This document shows, in pieces, positions 38,685 through 51,128 of a stretch of DNA of 64,000 nucleotides. Each line of letters begins with the position of its first letter. Within the stretch, counting starts at the first letter, position 1. The notes under the pieces are model-generated. The model ran no database searches. It worked only from the letters and a program-made list of their open reading frames with translations, and was not told the DNA's origin. This stretch comes from Octopus bimaculoides (Eukaryota): assembly GCF_001194135.2 (NCBI RefSeq), contig NC_068981.1, positions 19,276,327-19,340,326 on the forward strand, written 5' to 3'. The translations under genes were made by a program, and so were the position numbers.

Positions 38685-39335
38685 CACACATTATATATAT
38701 GTGCAAGTGGAACTTGTGGAAATTCCACCGAAAAAAATAATATGAGCTATTTAAGAAAGAAAGGGTGATTTGCATTTTTATTGTATATAAAACTCATTAG
38801 GATAAATGATTCAAAAATATACAATAACAATATATATAATACTTAATACGCATATCATTCGTTTGAATTTAATTCTATTATATCTGCAAGATCAATATAT
38901 AATTGCATATTCTTTATTACGCAATATTTTATCATAATTACTTTACATTACATACAATTAATGTACACAAAACGATATAGGGAATAAATGTAAATTAAAG
39001 AAAATAACATCCATGGCCATTTTGCCAACTTATTTCATCCCCAGTCAAAATAATTTATTATTTGATTTTAGAATTTTCCTATGCTAAATACGTTATATTT
39101 CTCTCTATTTCTCTCTATCTCCCCATCTCTCCTTCTTCCTCTCGCTCCCTCTCTCTCTCTCTCTCTGTCTTCTCTCTCTCTCTGTTGCTTCAACAAACTT
39201 TTCAACCATGTAAATTCCCTCTTCAATGTCGTTAACATTTCTTTCTTTCTATTTCCCTTCACCTCTCACTTCCACTAACCACGTGACAACCAGTGTAGTG
39301 CATCAGTTCGCTATTTGCTACCTTACTCATTCTCC

Positions 39336-39387
<52 letters not shown>

Positions 39388-39502
39388 GTCACTCTCACTC
39401 CATCTCCACCTCTTTCTCTAACAAACTAGAGTGTAACATGTGAACGAATAAACAAGCAGGGTTATATGTGTGTGTGTTCATATACACGTACATACACATA
39501 TT

Positions 39503-39553
<51 letters not shown>

Positions 39554-39568
39554 GAAGATTATAAACTT

Positions 39569-39870
39569 ATCAATAGTGACTTCTCCATCGCTGGATGGTT
39601 TGGCTAAATATTGACTGTCAATATATATATTTACCATAGGAATCTATGGGTGATTCAGCAAAATGCTAATGTGAGAATTATAAAATAACGAAGGCGGCAA
39701 TAAGCAATACAAAACCAGAAAGGAAAAATTCAGTTGTCACTAATTGTGATTGATGGTGCTGGGTAGCACCTACATTTTGCTGAATCTACCATAGATTCAT
39801 ATAGTAAATACAATATACTGACAGTCGGGATTCAATCAAACCATCCAGCAATGGAGTAGTCACTACTGAT
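39569..39870. mobile_element. MITE with ~97-bp imperfect TIRs
   Basis: ATCAATAGTGACTTCTCCATCGCTGGATGGTTTG...TCAGCAAAATG (39569-39665) inverted against 39773-39870. Confidence 0.75.
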
Positions 39871-40056
39871 GAGCTCTAATTTTAAGCGAAACTAGACTAG
39901 TGTAGTGATTTTGCTCGCTGTGGGGCGGTATCTCCCCTGTCAGTGTATGGAATTGTGCTTCTTTGTGGCTAAGGGATTTTAACTCTTATTTCTAGGATGT
40001 AGGTGGTACTCTGCATGGTCATCCGCAATTAGTGACAATTATGTACGTACGTACGT

Positions 40057-40127
<71 letters not shown>

Positions 40128-40229
40128 CATGTATACGAAAAGACAAGACATGTTACAAATTAGAGCTGACATGAAGTGAATACGTAGAAATAACGATTAC
40201 ACAAAGTACGAGATATGATTAATATTTCC

Positions 40230-41340
40230 CTCCACCAAGATTGAGTAAAAGCACCCCAAAGCTCTGATCATCTTTATTTATCCTTTCCTTTTCATATAAG
40301 AACCAGAAATCTTTCACCTCCAAAGAGGCTATTAACATTTCAACTGCCGGAACCAGCAAGAAAGCACTTGGATTTCGGCTGCGATTTAAATATTAATATA
40401 TTATTTGAGAAGCAGAAAATCTTACTCGTACGAGCAGCTCATCTCTGATATTCGCTATATATTAAGGAACTAATTCTTTCCATATCTGCACACAGTTGTT
40501 TCATATTGTTCATGCCAATTGTTTAGACATTCCATTTCCGCTTTGTTTTCTATACGATGCAATGACTACCATACCATCGTTGGAAGGCACTTTAAACTTT
40601 TAAGTCGTCTTTTCATAAGTTTAATCTTTCGGTTTCGATACTTTCTTTTCACTATATGATACTTTATTAATTTATTTTACCTCTTGATGCTCTCTTCAGC
40701 TGTTTGTGATTCTCTGCAGAAAAGATGATAGTCCAGATTTCTGCCAAAGCTTCCCTTATCTAGTACTTCGAGGGTACAAAGACGGCCCTTCCTTCTTTGC
40801 TTGGACAAAGGCAAATATGTTTTCTTGTCCCTGACTCCCAAAAAGTTTATGGCAAGGTGACGAGGGTAGTTTTATCACAATTTGTTACGCTCATGTTTAA
40901 AATTGGACTTTGTCTAAATACATGATTTCAATGCTGAACATAATTTTGACATAACTGCTTCCATCTCTGTATTTCTCGCTCGTCAAGTGGTGATGTGTCC
41001 GTGTACGAACATCAGTGTCATTTTTGGCTTGCTGCTACCGCCAATAAAATTGCTAAAAATGTTCATATTTGTGACATTGTTATAAAAATGTCATTTCTTA
41101 AATTTTTTTTTTTTTCAAACCTGTAAAAATAAAACCTGCTTCTTTGTCTGCAAACCTGCGTCCATGCAGATAAATGAGAAAATGCTATAATTTTTCCGAG
41201 CATAAACCGTATTTCTCCATCTGAACCCTGTCCAAAGAGATTTACAAATTCCGAACGTCTCAATATGCAAATAAAACGCACAAATAATCTATATAGTTGA
41301 ACATAGTAGAAACCCAGCGTTTTGAAGAGCAACTTGAAAA
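40230..41340 (-). mobile_element. Decayed CR1/L2-group LINE ORF2 3' region
   Basis: Minus frames give fragments such as ..RNLDY.. and TYEKRLKSLKCLPTM, matching VRP.LEY..VQRRA..LSYEERLK.L.LPTL..RR; many stops. Confidence 0.5.
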
Positions 41341-41560
41341 AAACAAAAACAGCAATAATTTCTAATATAGGCGCCAGACCAACCGTTTGGGAGATAGCAT
41401 GATATCATCGATACTGAAACTTGAATGACACTTTTTTTTATCGATTCCGATAAAAAATGTCAGGCAAAGGTGGATTTAGTGGACTTTGAACTTAAAGTGT
41501 AAAAGTCGAAATAAATATTGGAATGCATTTTTCGATGATCTGACGATACTGCTCGCTCGC

Positions 41561-41657
<97 letters not shown>

Positions 41658-42141
41658 NNNNNNNNNNNNNNNNNNNNNNNNNNNNNNNNNNNNNNNNNNN
41701 NNNNNNNNNNNNNNNNNNNNNNNNNNNNNNNNNNNNNNNNNNNNNNNNNNNNNNNNNNNNNNNNNNNNNNNNNNNNNNNNNNNNNNNNNNNNNNNNNNNN
41801 NNNNNNNNNNNNNNNNNNNNNNNNNNNNNNNNNNNNNNNNNNNNNNNNNNNNNNNNNNNNNNNNNNNNNNNNNNNNNNNNNNNNNNNNNNNNNNNNNNNN
41901 NNNNNNNNNNNNNNNNNNNNNNNNNNNNNNNNNNNNNNNNNNNNNNNNNNNNNNNNNNNNNNNNNNNNNNNNNNNNNNNNNNNNNNNNNNNNNNNNNNNN
42001 NNNAAAATACATATTTTACCTGTGAATTTGCGTGTGTAAACTGGGAATGCATACAATGAACTTCTCTGCCCTAGGTGTACGGAAAACACTCGGCAAGAAA
42101 TGGAAGAAAATTTGAAGAAAGAAGAGGAAAACAACAACAAC

Positions 42142-42179
<38 letters not shown>

Positions 42180-43540
42180 CGTTTCTTTATTAACCCCTGA
42201 GGGTTCATATAAAACGATTGGGGACGGTACAGGACAATATAATACGAATAGAGTGGAGTTGAATAATGAACAACAATGACAATTCTAGCAATTAAAATCC
42301 CCAAAAGAGTGAAACTTCCAAGGCTTGCTCTTGGAAACCCGACAAAAAATACGATCGCCCTGACCTCTAGGGCAAGTGCCCTCCCCTCTTCATCACCGTC
42401 CATCTCGGGGCGCATGTTTAGAGTGAACCCGTTCACTCAGGCCATTAGTGCTACATTCACTCGCCTTTTAATAAAATTACTGGTGGGAGTAGTGCTTCCC
42501 TCTCTACCTTCTCTTTCAAAAAAGAAGGCGGGCTGATGATCTTCATGATGGACCCAGCTGATAGCCGGATCCGTCCTACACGCGACAGTAGGTGCTCGAC
42601 ATAAACCCACAAGTCAGCAATACTCGAGCACTGGACGAGGGAGTGCAGAAAGTTTCGTCGTTCTGCGCGCGTCTCGAGCAAGCCCGGCTGACAGCACTTT
42701 CATGCTTGTAGTGTTTATCCCGAACCAGTAGCACTGCCAGGAAGTTATTCATAGGAGTTTTTATTTCCTTTTTCCTTTTGTTATTCCTGCCGAATCTTGG
42801 CCATTTAGGATCTTCGACACCCCTCTCACCGCAGGACATGTCTGACTGGTTCAAACACAGAAGGGGCGTGTCTTGCGAAGATTTTTGCTGTTCTGTTAAT
42901 AATAAAGTTCTTGTTTTGAGGGGTTGTGATGCTATTGTTTTTGCTGCTGTCTGGTATGCAGAAGCCATAGATGTTCGTGGGATCTCTGTTCTGTTTGCAG
43001 TTATTACTTCCACTGTTGTTCTTGTTGTTGCTGTTGTAGTGGTCACCTACCTCTACTGGTGCTCTTGCTGTTGTTGTTGCTGTGGTAGTAGTGTCAGCCA
43101 AAGTAGGGGGAGGGGTTTCTTCTTTCTTTTATTGTGGATAGAAGACCTTTAGATGATTTGTGTCCCCACATAGATGACGCTTCAGCTTTTTACCATCAGC
43201 TGTCACATGGAAGTTGGTGCCATCTGGTAAATTTATGATGTCCGGAATTGTTTCTAAACATTCGTTATCCATTTTCACCCACAACTCTAAGCCTTGCCCC
43301 AACCAATTTCGTTTATGCAGTTTCCGCACCTGTAGGATGTTTGTGTTGCGTTCTATGTCTAGGAGGACAGCTTTCGCCAACCAGTAGATGTCTGTTTCTG
43401 GTGACACCGCTAGTTTTTATTTTTGCTACTCTACGACCCAGGTATATGGGTACCAGAAGAAGATCCTCAAATTTTATGGTCAATGTGGAGTGCTTCCTTT
43501 ACTTTATTCATACTTTCTGACACCCTACTCTGAGTAGCAT
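42180..43540 (-). mobile_element. Tx1/L1-like non-LTR element, internally deleted (ORF1 + ORF2 C-terminus + 3' UTR)
   Basis: ORF1-like SPETDIYWLAKAVL..PDIINLPDG..HLCGDTNHLKVFYP (degenerate CCHC) and a low-complexity stretch, then directly LVRDKHYKH..RACSRRAQNDETF/LHSLVQCSSIADLWVYVEHLL (zf-RVT-like). 3' end CCCTCAGGGG-TT-AATAAA-GAAACG(ATT)n. Confidence 0.75.
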
Positions 43541-43869
43541 GGATAATAATGACTGGGAAAGGAAGACCTTCCTTTAAGGAAACACGACGCGGTGCAGTAA
43601 AATCCGAAAGCAACTGCTATAAGCGGAAATCTAACTGGAGAGGAGCAGAAGTGACGGGTGGTCAAAAGCAACGGAGAAAAGTCATCGATAGCCTATGCTC
43701 CATAGAGAGCAAGGGGGTTAAAGAGGTAAGTTCGGTAAACAATAGTTATAATATCGGATGTGTTTCGGCCTTTTTTACGCATCCTTGGTGAAACTCAGAC
43801 TTCATGCTACTTACCAAATTAATGAATTTACAGACTCGGTGATATTTTTTTTAATTCAACAATAATAAC

Positions 43870-44262
43870 AATTCTTTCCGTTACAGGCACAAGGCCTGAA
43901 ACTTTGGGGGAGGGAAGCTGGTCGAATATATCGCCCTCAGTGATCGACTGGTATTTATTTTATCGATGAAAGGCAAAGTCAACATTGGCGGAATTTGAAT
44001 TCAGAATGCATTGATGAAGGAAATGCGTGCGACGATCCTGCCATATCGTCGTCTTAACCCAATGGTTTCAAATTTTGGCACAAGGCCAGTAATTTCGGGG
44101 AAAGAGGTAAGATGATTACATCGACTCCAGTGCTCAACTGGTACCTATTTTATCGACCCTGAGAGGATGAAAGGCAAAGTCCACCTCGGCGGAATTTGAA
44201 CTCAGAAGGTAAAAAGGGAAGAAATACTGCTAAGCATGTTGCCCGGCGTGCTGACGATTCTG
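43870..44262 (-). mobile_element. Two head-to-tail SINE family B (B2) copies
   Basis: Two CTGGTA..TATTTTATCGA..ATGAAAGGCAAAGTC..GGCGGAATTTGAA.TCAGAA units. Confidence 0.85.
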
Positions 44263-45017
44263 TGAGAAATAGGCAAATGGCAAACTCGAACCAGATTTTT
44301 TTATTGAGAGTTTGTTGTTTTCCTAGAAGCGGAGGTGTATAAGAAGGGTCATTTGCTGGGGGAAAAAATATATAAGTAATCAGTCTGATACACGCAACAT
44401 AATGTAGAACTCTTGTAAAATAGCAACGCAAAGAAAAACAGAATCAATATTTACAGAAAAATAACTTCAAAACATTAGAGCGAGAAACATAAATCAAACT
44501 ATTACAGAACTTCAGATTTAACTCATCCTGAATTAATAAAAAAATATATAAATAAATAAATAAAACTTCAGAAAAATAAAAACTATTCAACCGACATAAA
44601 TAAACGACTAAAGATTTACGTTTATCACAGATGTTAAGTAGAATAAAAGTACTGCATTATATTTATTTATTTATTTACATTATATAGTTATATATATGTG
44701 TGTGTGTGTGTTTGTTTACTTTGCTTTGTAGCTTTTATACGCAAATCGTAAGTAAACGAACAATCGTAGAGTGTACATAAATACACACATTAATAGCATT
44801 AAGAATATTGAAATAAATATCTTCTTCAGACAATGGGTGTTTGCAAAACAATTGTGCAGCTAAATGGAGATAACCCTAAATTGACCGCATAAAACACAAG
44901 ATAAATATTTGAGAAAACACCGATAGCTTCTTCCACAAAAAACCAAAAACAAAAACACATGTACACATATAAATGTATATGTTTGTATATGTGCTGATAT
45001 ATATGTGTTTGTGTGTT

Positions 45018-45345
45018 GGCGCAGGTGTGTCTGTGTAGTAAGAAGTTTGCTTCCCAAGCACATGATTCCGAGTTCAGATCCTCTGCGTGGCACCTGGCGC
45101 AAGTGTCTTCTACTATACCTTCGTGTCAAGCAAAGCCTTGTGAGTGGAGTTGGTGGACGGAAACTGGAAGAAGTCCATCGTATATGTAGTTACTTCCCCG
45201 TATCCTAGCGGTTCACCAAAAGAGATCGATGCAATAAGTACCAGGCTTTAAAACAAAATAAGCAGTGAGATCGATTCATTCGACTCAAAACTCTTCAAAA
45301 CGGTGCCCCAGCATGGCCGCAGTCGAATGACTGAAACAAGTTGAA
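45018..45345 (+). mobile_element. SINE family A copy lacking the central microsatellite region
   Basis: GGCGCAGGTGTGTCTGTGTAGTAAGAAG...GCAAGTGTCTTCTACTATA...CCAGCATGGCCGCAGTCGAATGACTGAAACAAG. Confidence 0.85.
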
Positions 45346-45381
45346 GAATATATCTGCATACATATTGTATGTATGCATCTT

Positions 45382-45422
<41 letters not shown>

Positions 45423-45544
45423 GTCTGTGTCTGAGCTAACAAATGTATTGAATGATAGAAGTAATAAGATATTTTTTCGAACGCAGAGTAGCCCTTAGAA
45501 CAGCAGAAATACTGGATAAATTACCTTTACAAGGAGGAAAAATT

Positions 45545-46056
45545 TGTCAACAACCAGCCACGGGATTCGAACCCAAATCCCTCAAAGACTCCAGCTGAGT
45601 CTTTACTATTAAGCTAAACTGCCCACTGACAAATTCACCGCCACATATATAATGATTTCTACAGAAAATGAAGGAATTCTCGAAAGCAGGAAGCATGTGG
45701 AGATATCTTAGAAAATTGGATAAATAGCCGCAGAAGAAGGGAAAAAATGGCCAGCAAGCCTCTGCAGAGAATCGAACCCTGTACCTCTCAAATTTTGAGA
45801 CCCCTGACAACAAATACCGTCTTTCTATGAGACTAAATACTAACTTTGGGAATGTGAGAACTTTTTTTGTAAACAAGCTTGAAAGCACCAAGAGTGTTTC
45901 TGTAGAGTGTCCAGCCGGAATTTGAGAGATACTGAGCTCGATTCTCTGTCGAGGCTTGCTGACCCCTTTTTTTCCGTATTCTAAAAAGTATTTTTACCCG
46001 ATTTTCTAAACTGTCTTCACAGCCATCCTGCGTTTGAGAATTCCTTTATTTTCTGA
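45545..46056. repeat. Tandem plus inverted tRNA-like repeat units
   Basis: Minus-strand tRNA-like heads at ~45545-45620 (TAGCTTAATAG A box, GGGTTCGAATCCC B box) and ~45750-45805; 45662-45797 is inverted against 45921-46056. Confidence 0.55.
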
Positions 46057-46196
46057 CGAATACCAACACACTCGGAGCTCCCTCGGTATTTTGTAACCTT
46101 ACATTTAACTTTCTGTAAATATACTTACAAATATACATACAGGCTTTCTCAGTCATTTGTACTCTGAGTAAGTTTGATCTTTTAATAAACATCTAT

Positions 46197-46415
46197 AAAG
46201 GTAGCGAGCTGGCAGAATCGTTAGCACGCCGGATAAAATGCTTAGCGGCATTTTGTCCGTCGTTACTTTCTGAGTTCAAATTCCGCCGAGGTTGACTTTA
46301 CCTTTCATCCTTTCGGGGTCGATAAAATAAGTACTAGTTGAACATTGGTGGTCGGTGTAATCGACTTAACCCCTTCCCAAAATTGCTGGCCTTGTGTCAA
46401 AATTTGAAACCAATA
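46197..46415 (+). mobile_element. SINE family B (B2 tail), full length
   Basis: AAGGTAGCGAGCTGGCAGAATCGTTAGCACGCCGG...TCTGAGTTCAAATTCCGCCGAGG...GGCCTTGTGTCAAAATTTGAAACC. Confidence 0.9.
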
Positions 46416-46479
46416 TATAAATATCTATATATTTATACTTAATATTAATCGTCTGAAGATCTTCAGTCTGCTTTCTTTC

Positions 46480-46540
<61 letters not shown>

Positions 46541-48046
46541 ATGTGTGTGTGTGTATGTGTGTGTTGCATATCAAACCCAAGGTGTTATATTTAATTTATT
46601 TACCCGCATAATTGCTTGCATATCTGCTCACCTGGCTTCCTCTTATAGCCACTCTTTAACCCGTGGAATTGGTCCCTCGTAAAAGCATTGGAGTATCTAT
46701 GGATCTCACCTGTCGAATATATATACATACAGATGTATAAATACACATATATGCAGACATATACATTTATCTTTTAAATTTTACATGTATTAATCATTTG
46801 ACTGCAGCCGTGTTGAGGTACCGTATGTATACATTTAGGCGTAGGAAGGATTCGGAAGTTAAAAACATTTGCTTCGCAATCATGTGGCTTAATGTTTCAT
46901 TCCATCAGGGCAATTGTTCTCTGTTATTGACTAAGAGCGAAATTTGGCTGCCAAAAACTGTATGGAAGCTTGTCGTGTATGTGTGTGTGTGTGTGTGAGC
47001 GTGCATGCACATGTGTGTCTGCTTATGTATTCCATACCTCGTGAATTAGCTGTTCGACAAATAGTTATCGGTAAGTATTAAACAAATACTGGGGGTGATA
47101 TGAATGTTTGTTGGCAGCGCTTCCGCAAAAGATGAATAGAATATGTGTGTAGGAGGGGGGCTGGAAGGTTGTATATATATATATATATACAGACATGCAT
47201 TCGCTTGTACGTGTCTGTGTTCAGATGTGAAATTTCATGTTTAATAACTTTACATTCACTAGAGACGTAATGAGAGTAAACATCAGGAAACATAGAGAAA
47301 CAAATAAGAAACAATTCTCAATACCGTGTTGTTATGAGTGTTTCCTCAGTTATCTTCCCATAATGCATGGTAGTACATAAAAGCCTACAGACTGCAAACA
47401 CAACCATCGTAATATTAGTATTAGAAATCTAGTGAAGAGAAAGTCAGTCAATACGCTTTGAAATGTAAAGCGAGATAGAGATGCCATAAAAAAAAAAAAA
47501 TAAACAACTCTCAGACATGACACTGTTACCCCTAAAACAAAAAGTCTTAGAACATAGCAAGTTATGTTGCTAATAATAAAATGAATATAACACCTCGAAA
47601 ACATACACAAGACCAAACAAACCAAGCGAACTCTATAAACATATCTACAATCAATTCTACAGAAAGCAAGAGACAAAGTAAGAAAAAAACTCCTAGTAAA
47701 AGCAAAATATAAGAACGTCAAAAATTGTTTAGAAAACCTAACAGAGAGAATAAAATAAAATTGAAAAAAATATAATGTAACAAGATGGAAGAAAGAAAAC
47801 ATATAACTTAAAATAGCAGCACTCACAAGTGAGAAGAGCGAAGCGTTTTAAAATACAAAAAAGAGCATTAGAAGAAATTGTGCAGAAGTCAAACGGTGAA
47901 ATAGATATAACCTACGTAAACCACTTAGACTGTGTGCCAGGACAGAGTAGAAAAATATTTGATAAGGAAATAAATAACTAATCACTGTGGAAAATAAACA
48001 TACAGAAGGAGATTAACCAAAATAGAAAGACTTAATCAATATTAAC

Positions 48047-48087
<41 letters not shown>

Positions 48088-48253
48088 NNNNNNNNNNNNN
48101 NNNNNNNNNNNNNNNNNNNNNNNNNNNNNNNNNNNNNNNNNNNNNNNNNNNNNNNNNNNNNNNNNNNNNNNNNNNNNNNNNNNNNNNNNNNNNNNNNNNN
48201 NNNNNNNNNNNNNNNNNNNNNNNNNNNNNNNNNNNNNNNNNNNNNNNNNNNNN

Positions 48254-48301
<48 letters not shown>

Positions 48302-49079
48302 AGACATAAAACGAGGAGGAAGTAAAAGGGTCATGCAAGAAAAACAATTTAAAATTAAAATAAAACAGTAATATTTGGTATTAAGGAATGTCTAAGACAG
48401 GTAATTGTCACAAAATCATAACAGATCAAATGAGTAAAAAGGAAAGAGAAACAAAGTATAAAAATGCAAAATGCTTCGCGAAAATATAAAGATAAATTCG
48501 TAGAAAACTAATGTAGAAAAATACAGAAATAATATCAAAGGAAGACATTGGAAATGTGTTGGGAACGGACTGTAATAGAGAGATCCAATGGATTATAGAG
48601 CAATAAACAAAACAAAAACTCTCTATACAGTAATGGACGTTAATAACAGATGAAGGACTATAAAAAACAAACATCGCTCACTGGGAAAGATACTTGGAAA
48701 ATTCCAAGGCTTAATAAACACCAAAATGTCTTGCTTAGAAACTGCGCATTATTCGCGGTTGTTCAGCCGAAACATTAAACGCAATAGATGCAGGCATGGC
48801 TGTCTGGTTAAGAAGTGAGCTTTGCAACCAAGTGGTTTCTGGTTAGTCTCAGTACGTGGAACCTTGAGTGTCTTCTTTTATAGCTCCAGTGTAGCGATTT
48901 CAGTTTACCCACCCATTCAGCTTACTTCTCGGTAACTTAAAATCGCGTTCAGGTTACCAGGAGCGTAACTTGAAATCGATTTCATCCTACCTCGGTTATG
49001 GTTTCAGATTCTCCTACTCAAATCTTTCCTCAAATGTTCGTTACCATAGGGAAAATAAAACATTACCAATAAAAGGGAA

Positions 49080-49700
49080 TTCGTCTGTCATCACGTTCTG
49101 AGTCCAAATGCCGCCGGAGTCGACTTTGCTTTTCATCCTTTCGGGGGTCGATAAATTAAAGTACCAGTTACGTACTGTAATCGACTGGTCCCCTCCCCGA
49201 AAATGTCAGGCCTTGTGCCTGTTCTAGAAAGGATTATTATTAAAGGGAAAAAGCTATGCCGGGTAAAATGCTATGCTGTATTTCGTCTTTCTTTACGTTC
49301 TGAGTTCAAATTCCTCCCAAGGTGATTTTACCTTTCATCCTTTCAGGGTCGATAAAATAAGTACCAGTTGAGCACTGGGACCAATGTAATCCAATTATCC
49401 CCTCCTCGAAATGGCGGCGGTAGAGTGGCGAGCTGGCAGAATAGTTAGCACGCCGGGCAAAATGCTTCGCGACATTTCGTCCGCCTTGACGATCTGAGTT
49501 CAAATTCCGCCGAGGTCTGCTTTACCTTTCATCCTCTCGGGATCGATAAAATAAGCACTAGTTTCGCACGGGAGTTGATGTAATTGACTTACCTTCTCCC
49601 CAAATTCCAGACCTTGTGCCTTTAGTAGAAAAGATTTTTATTAAAAGTAGCGGGTTGGCAGAATCGTTATCGTGCTAGAAGAAATACTTTGCGCCAAGGT
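49080..49700 (+). mobile_element. Stack of four SINE family B copies or fragments
   Basis: Units start near 49080, 49250, 49415 and 49645; three carry the GCTTT/CCTTTCATCCT core, and two are joined through GGATTATTATT / AGATTTTTATT tails. Confidence 0.85.
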
Positions 49701-49766
49701 CGACTAGCATTCCCTTCCCCCTCGAAATGACTGCCCTGCCTGAATTTGAAACTATTATTATTATTA

Positions 49767-49874
49767 TTCAGTAGTTTTATTTTTATAGCGTGCTTTCACT
49801 TCACTACCGAGCGCAGCTCTGTGTGCCTTGGGTATGTGCTGTGGTTTGCTGTGATGCTCTTATGGTTACTGTAT
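49767..49874 (-). mobile_element. R4/Dong 3' UTR fragment in (TAA)n, third copy
   Basis: Same sequence as 5299-5405; flanked by (TTA)n and (TTG)n. Confidence 0.85.
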
Positions 49875-49881
49875 TATTATT

Positions 49882-49952
<71 letters not shown>

Positions 49953-50329
49953 TGTTGTTGTTGTTGTTGTTGNNNNNNNNNNNNNNNNNNNNNNNNNNNN
50001 NNNNNNNNNNNNNNNNNNNNNNNNNNNNNNNNNNNNNNNNNNNNNNNNNNNNNNNNNNNNNNNNNNNNNNNNNNNNNNNNNNNNNNNNNNNNNNNNNNNN
50101 NNNNNNNNNNNNNNNNNNNNNNNNNNNNNNNNNNNNNNNNNNNNNNNNNNNNNNNNNNNNNNNNNNNNNNNNNTGAATCACCATAGAATATACAATTGTT
50201 TATTCCCGAGAGAAAGAAAAATTTTGTCTTTCATTGCTACATATGCAATCTAATCTGGAAAATAACCATAGCGAGGGACATTCCACAGTTGAATAAGAAC
50301 AGTCACAAACAATGAAAGAAGACATGCAC

Positions 50330-50530
50330 CCAACACCAGAGCTGAAGACACCTCCGAAAGGGGGTGGCCCTGCCACGTCAACACGGTAGAGGAGTAGGGG
50401 CCGAAACCGGACGTGGTTCCTCCTGATGATGTCTTGAGCTAACTGGATCCTATAAAGGAGCTGTTGTGGTAGCAGACCACGAAACATGGTTGAAATTCCT
50501 GTTATACCTCAATACGCCAAAAGTTTTGTC
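50330..50530 (+). mobile_element. Tx1-like ORF1 5' fragment (homologous to 58420-58522 minus)
   Basis: GAGGAGTAGGGGCCGAAACC.GA.GTGGTTCCTCCTGATGATG.CTTGAGCTAA.TGGATC is shared with the reverse complement of 58420-58522; frames give GPKPDVVPPDDVLS / VADHETWLKFLLYL. Tx1 assignment rests on its position upstream of ORF1-like sequence at 57626-58330. Confidence 0.5.
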
Positions 50531-50632
50531 TTCCAGTCGTGGGGTAAACCAGAGCCACCTTAGCAGCATTGCAGGCTCCCCACGAGCAAATCAACACACT
50601 GGGCAGTATAGTATTCATATAGTATTCATAGA

Positions 50633-50865
50633 AGGTGGCGCGCTGGCAGAAACGTTAGCACGCCGGGCGAAATGCCTAGCGGTATTTCGTCTGCCGTTAC
50701 GTTCTGAGTTCAAATTCCGCCGAGGTCGACTTCGCCTTTCTTCCTTTCGAGGTCGATAAATTAAGTACCAGTTATGCACTGTGGTCGATGTAATCGACTT
50801 GATCCCTTTGTCTGTCCTTGTTTGTCCCCTATATGTTTAGCCCCTTGTGGGTAATAAAGAAATAA
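50633..50865 (+). mobile_element. SINE family B (B1 tail), full length
   Basis: AAGGTGGCGCGCTGGCAGAAACGTTAGCACGCCGGGCGAAATG...GCCTTTCTTCCTTTCGAGGTCGAT...GCCCCTTGTGGGTAATAAAGAAATAA. Confidence 0.9.
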
Positions 50866-51087
50866 GTATAGTATTCATTGACAGCAACCCACAACATACA
50901 TAGATAAGAATTGGTCCCCTTGATACGTGAGGTCCGTGAGCATCTGCCCGTGTACCCATCCCTTCAAACGATCCTGGAATTGTCGTTAATATCATGTTCA
51001 TAACTTATATAGATGTAAACCTGCATAGCATACATACATACGTATCGAATTTAACTATTCTCCGTAGATTGAAAAAGTGGTGAACAG

Positions 51088-51128
51088 CCTTAATCTATTT
51101 TCGACCGTTATAGGGGCTTCATCAGAAG
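51088..51128 (-). ncRNA. Hammerhead-like motif of a second Penelope-type family
   Basis: Minus strand CTT-CTGATGA-AGCC/cctataac/GGTC-GAAA-ATAGAT-TA-AGG; core intact, stems imperfect. Confidence 0.45.

Noticed and set aside
45545-45620. Functional tRNA gene
   Set aside because: Acceptor and anticodon stems pair poorly and there is no clean terminator; treated as a tRNA-derived repeat. SINE heads elsewhere are likewise not tRNA genes.
47340-48800. A-rich plus-strand region resembling a decayed Penelope RT
   Set aside because: Too degenerate and gap-interrupted to support a call without a profile search.
49080-49700. CRISPR-like or satellite-like regular repeats
   Set aside because: Units are 150-230-bp diverged SINE copies with no constant repeat/unique spacer architecture; eukaryotic context.
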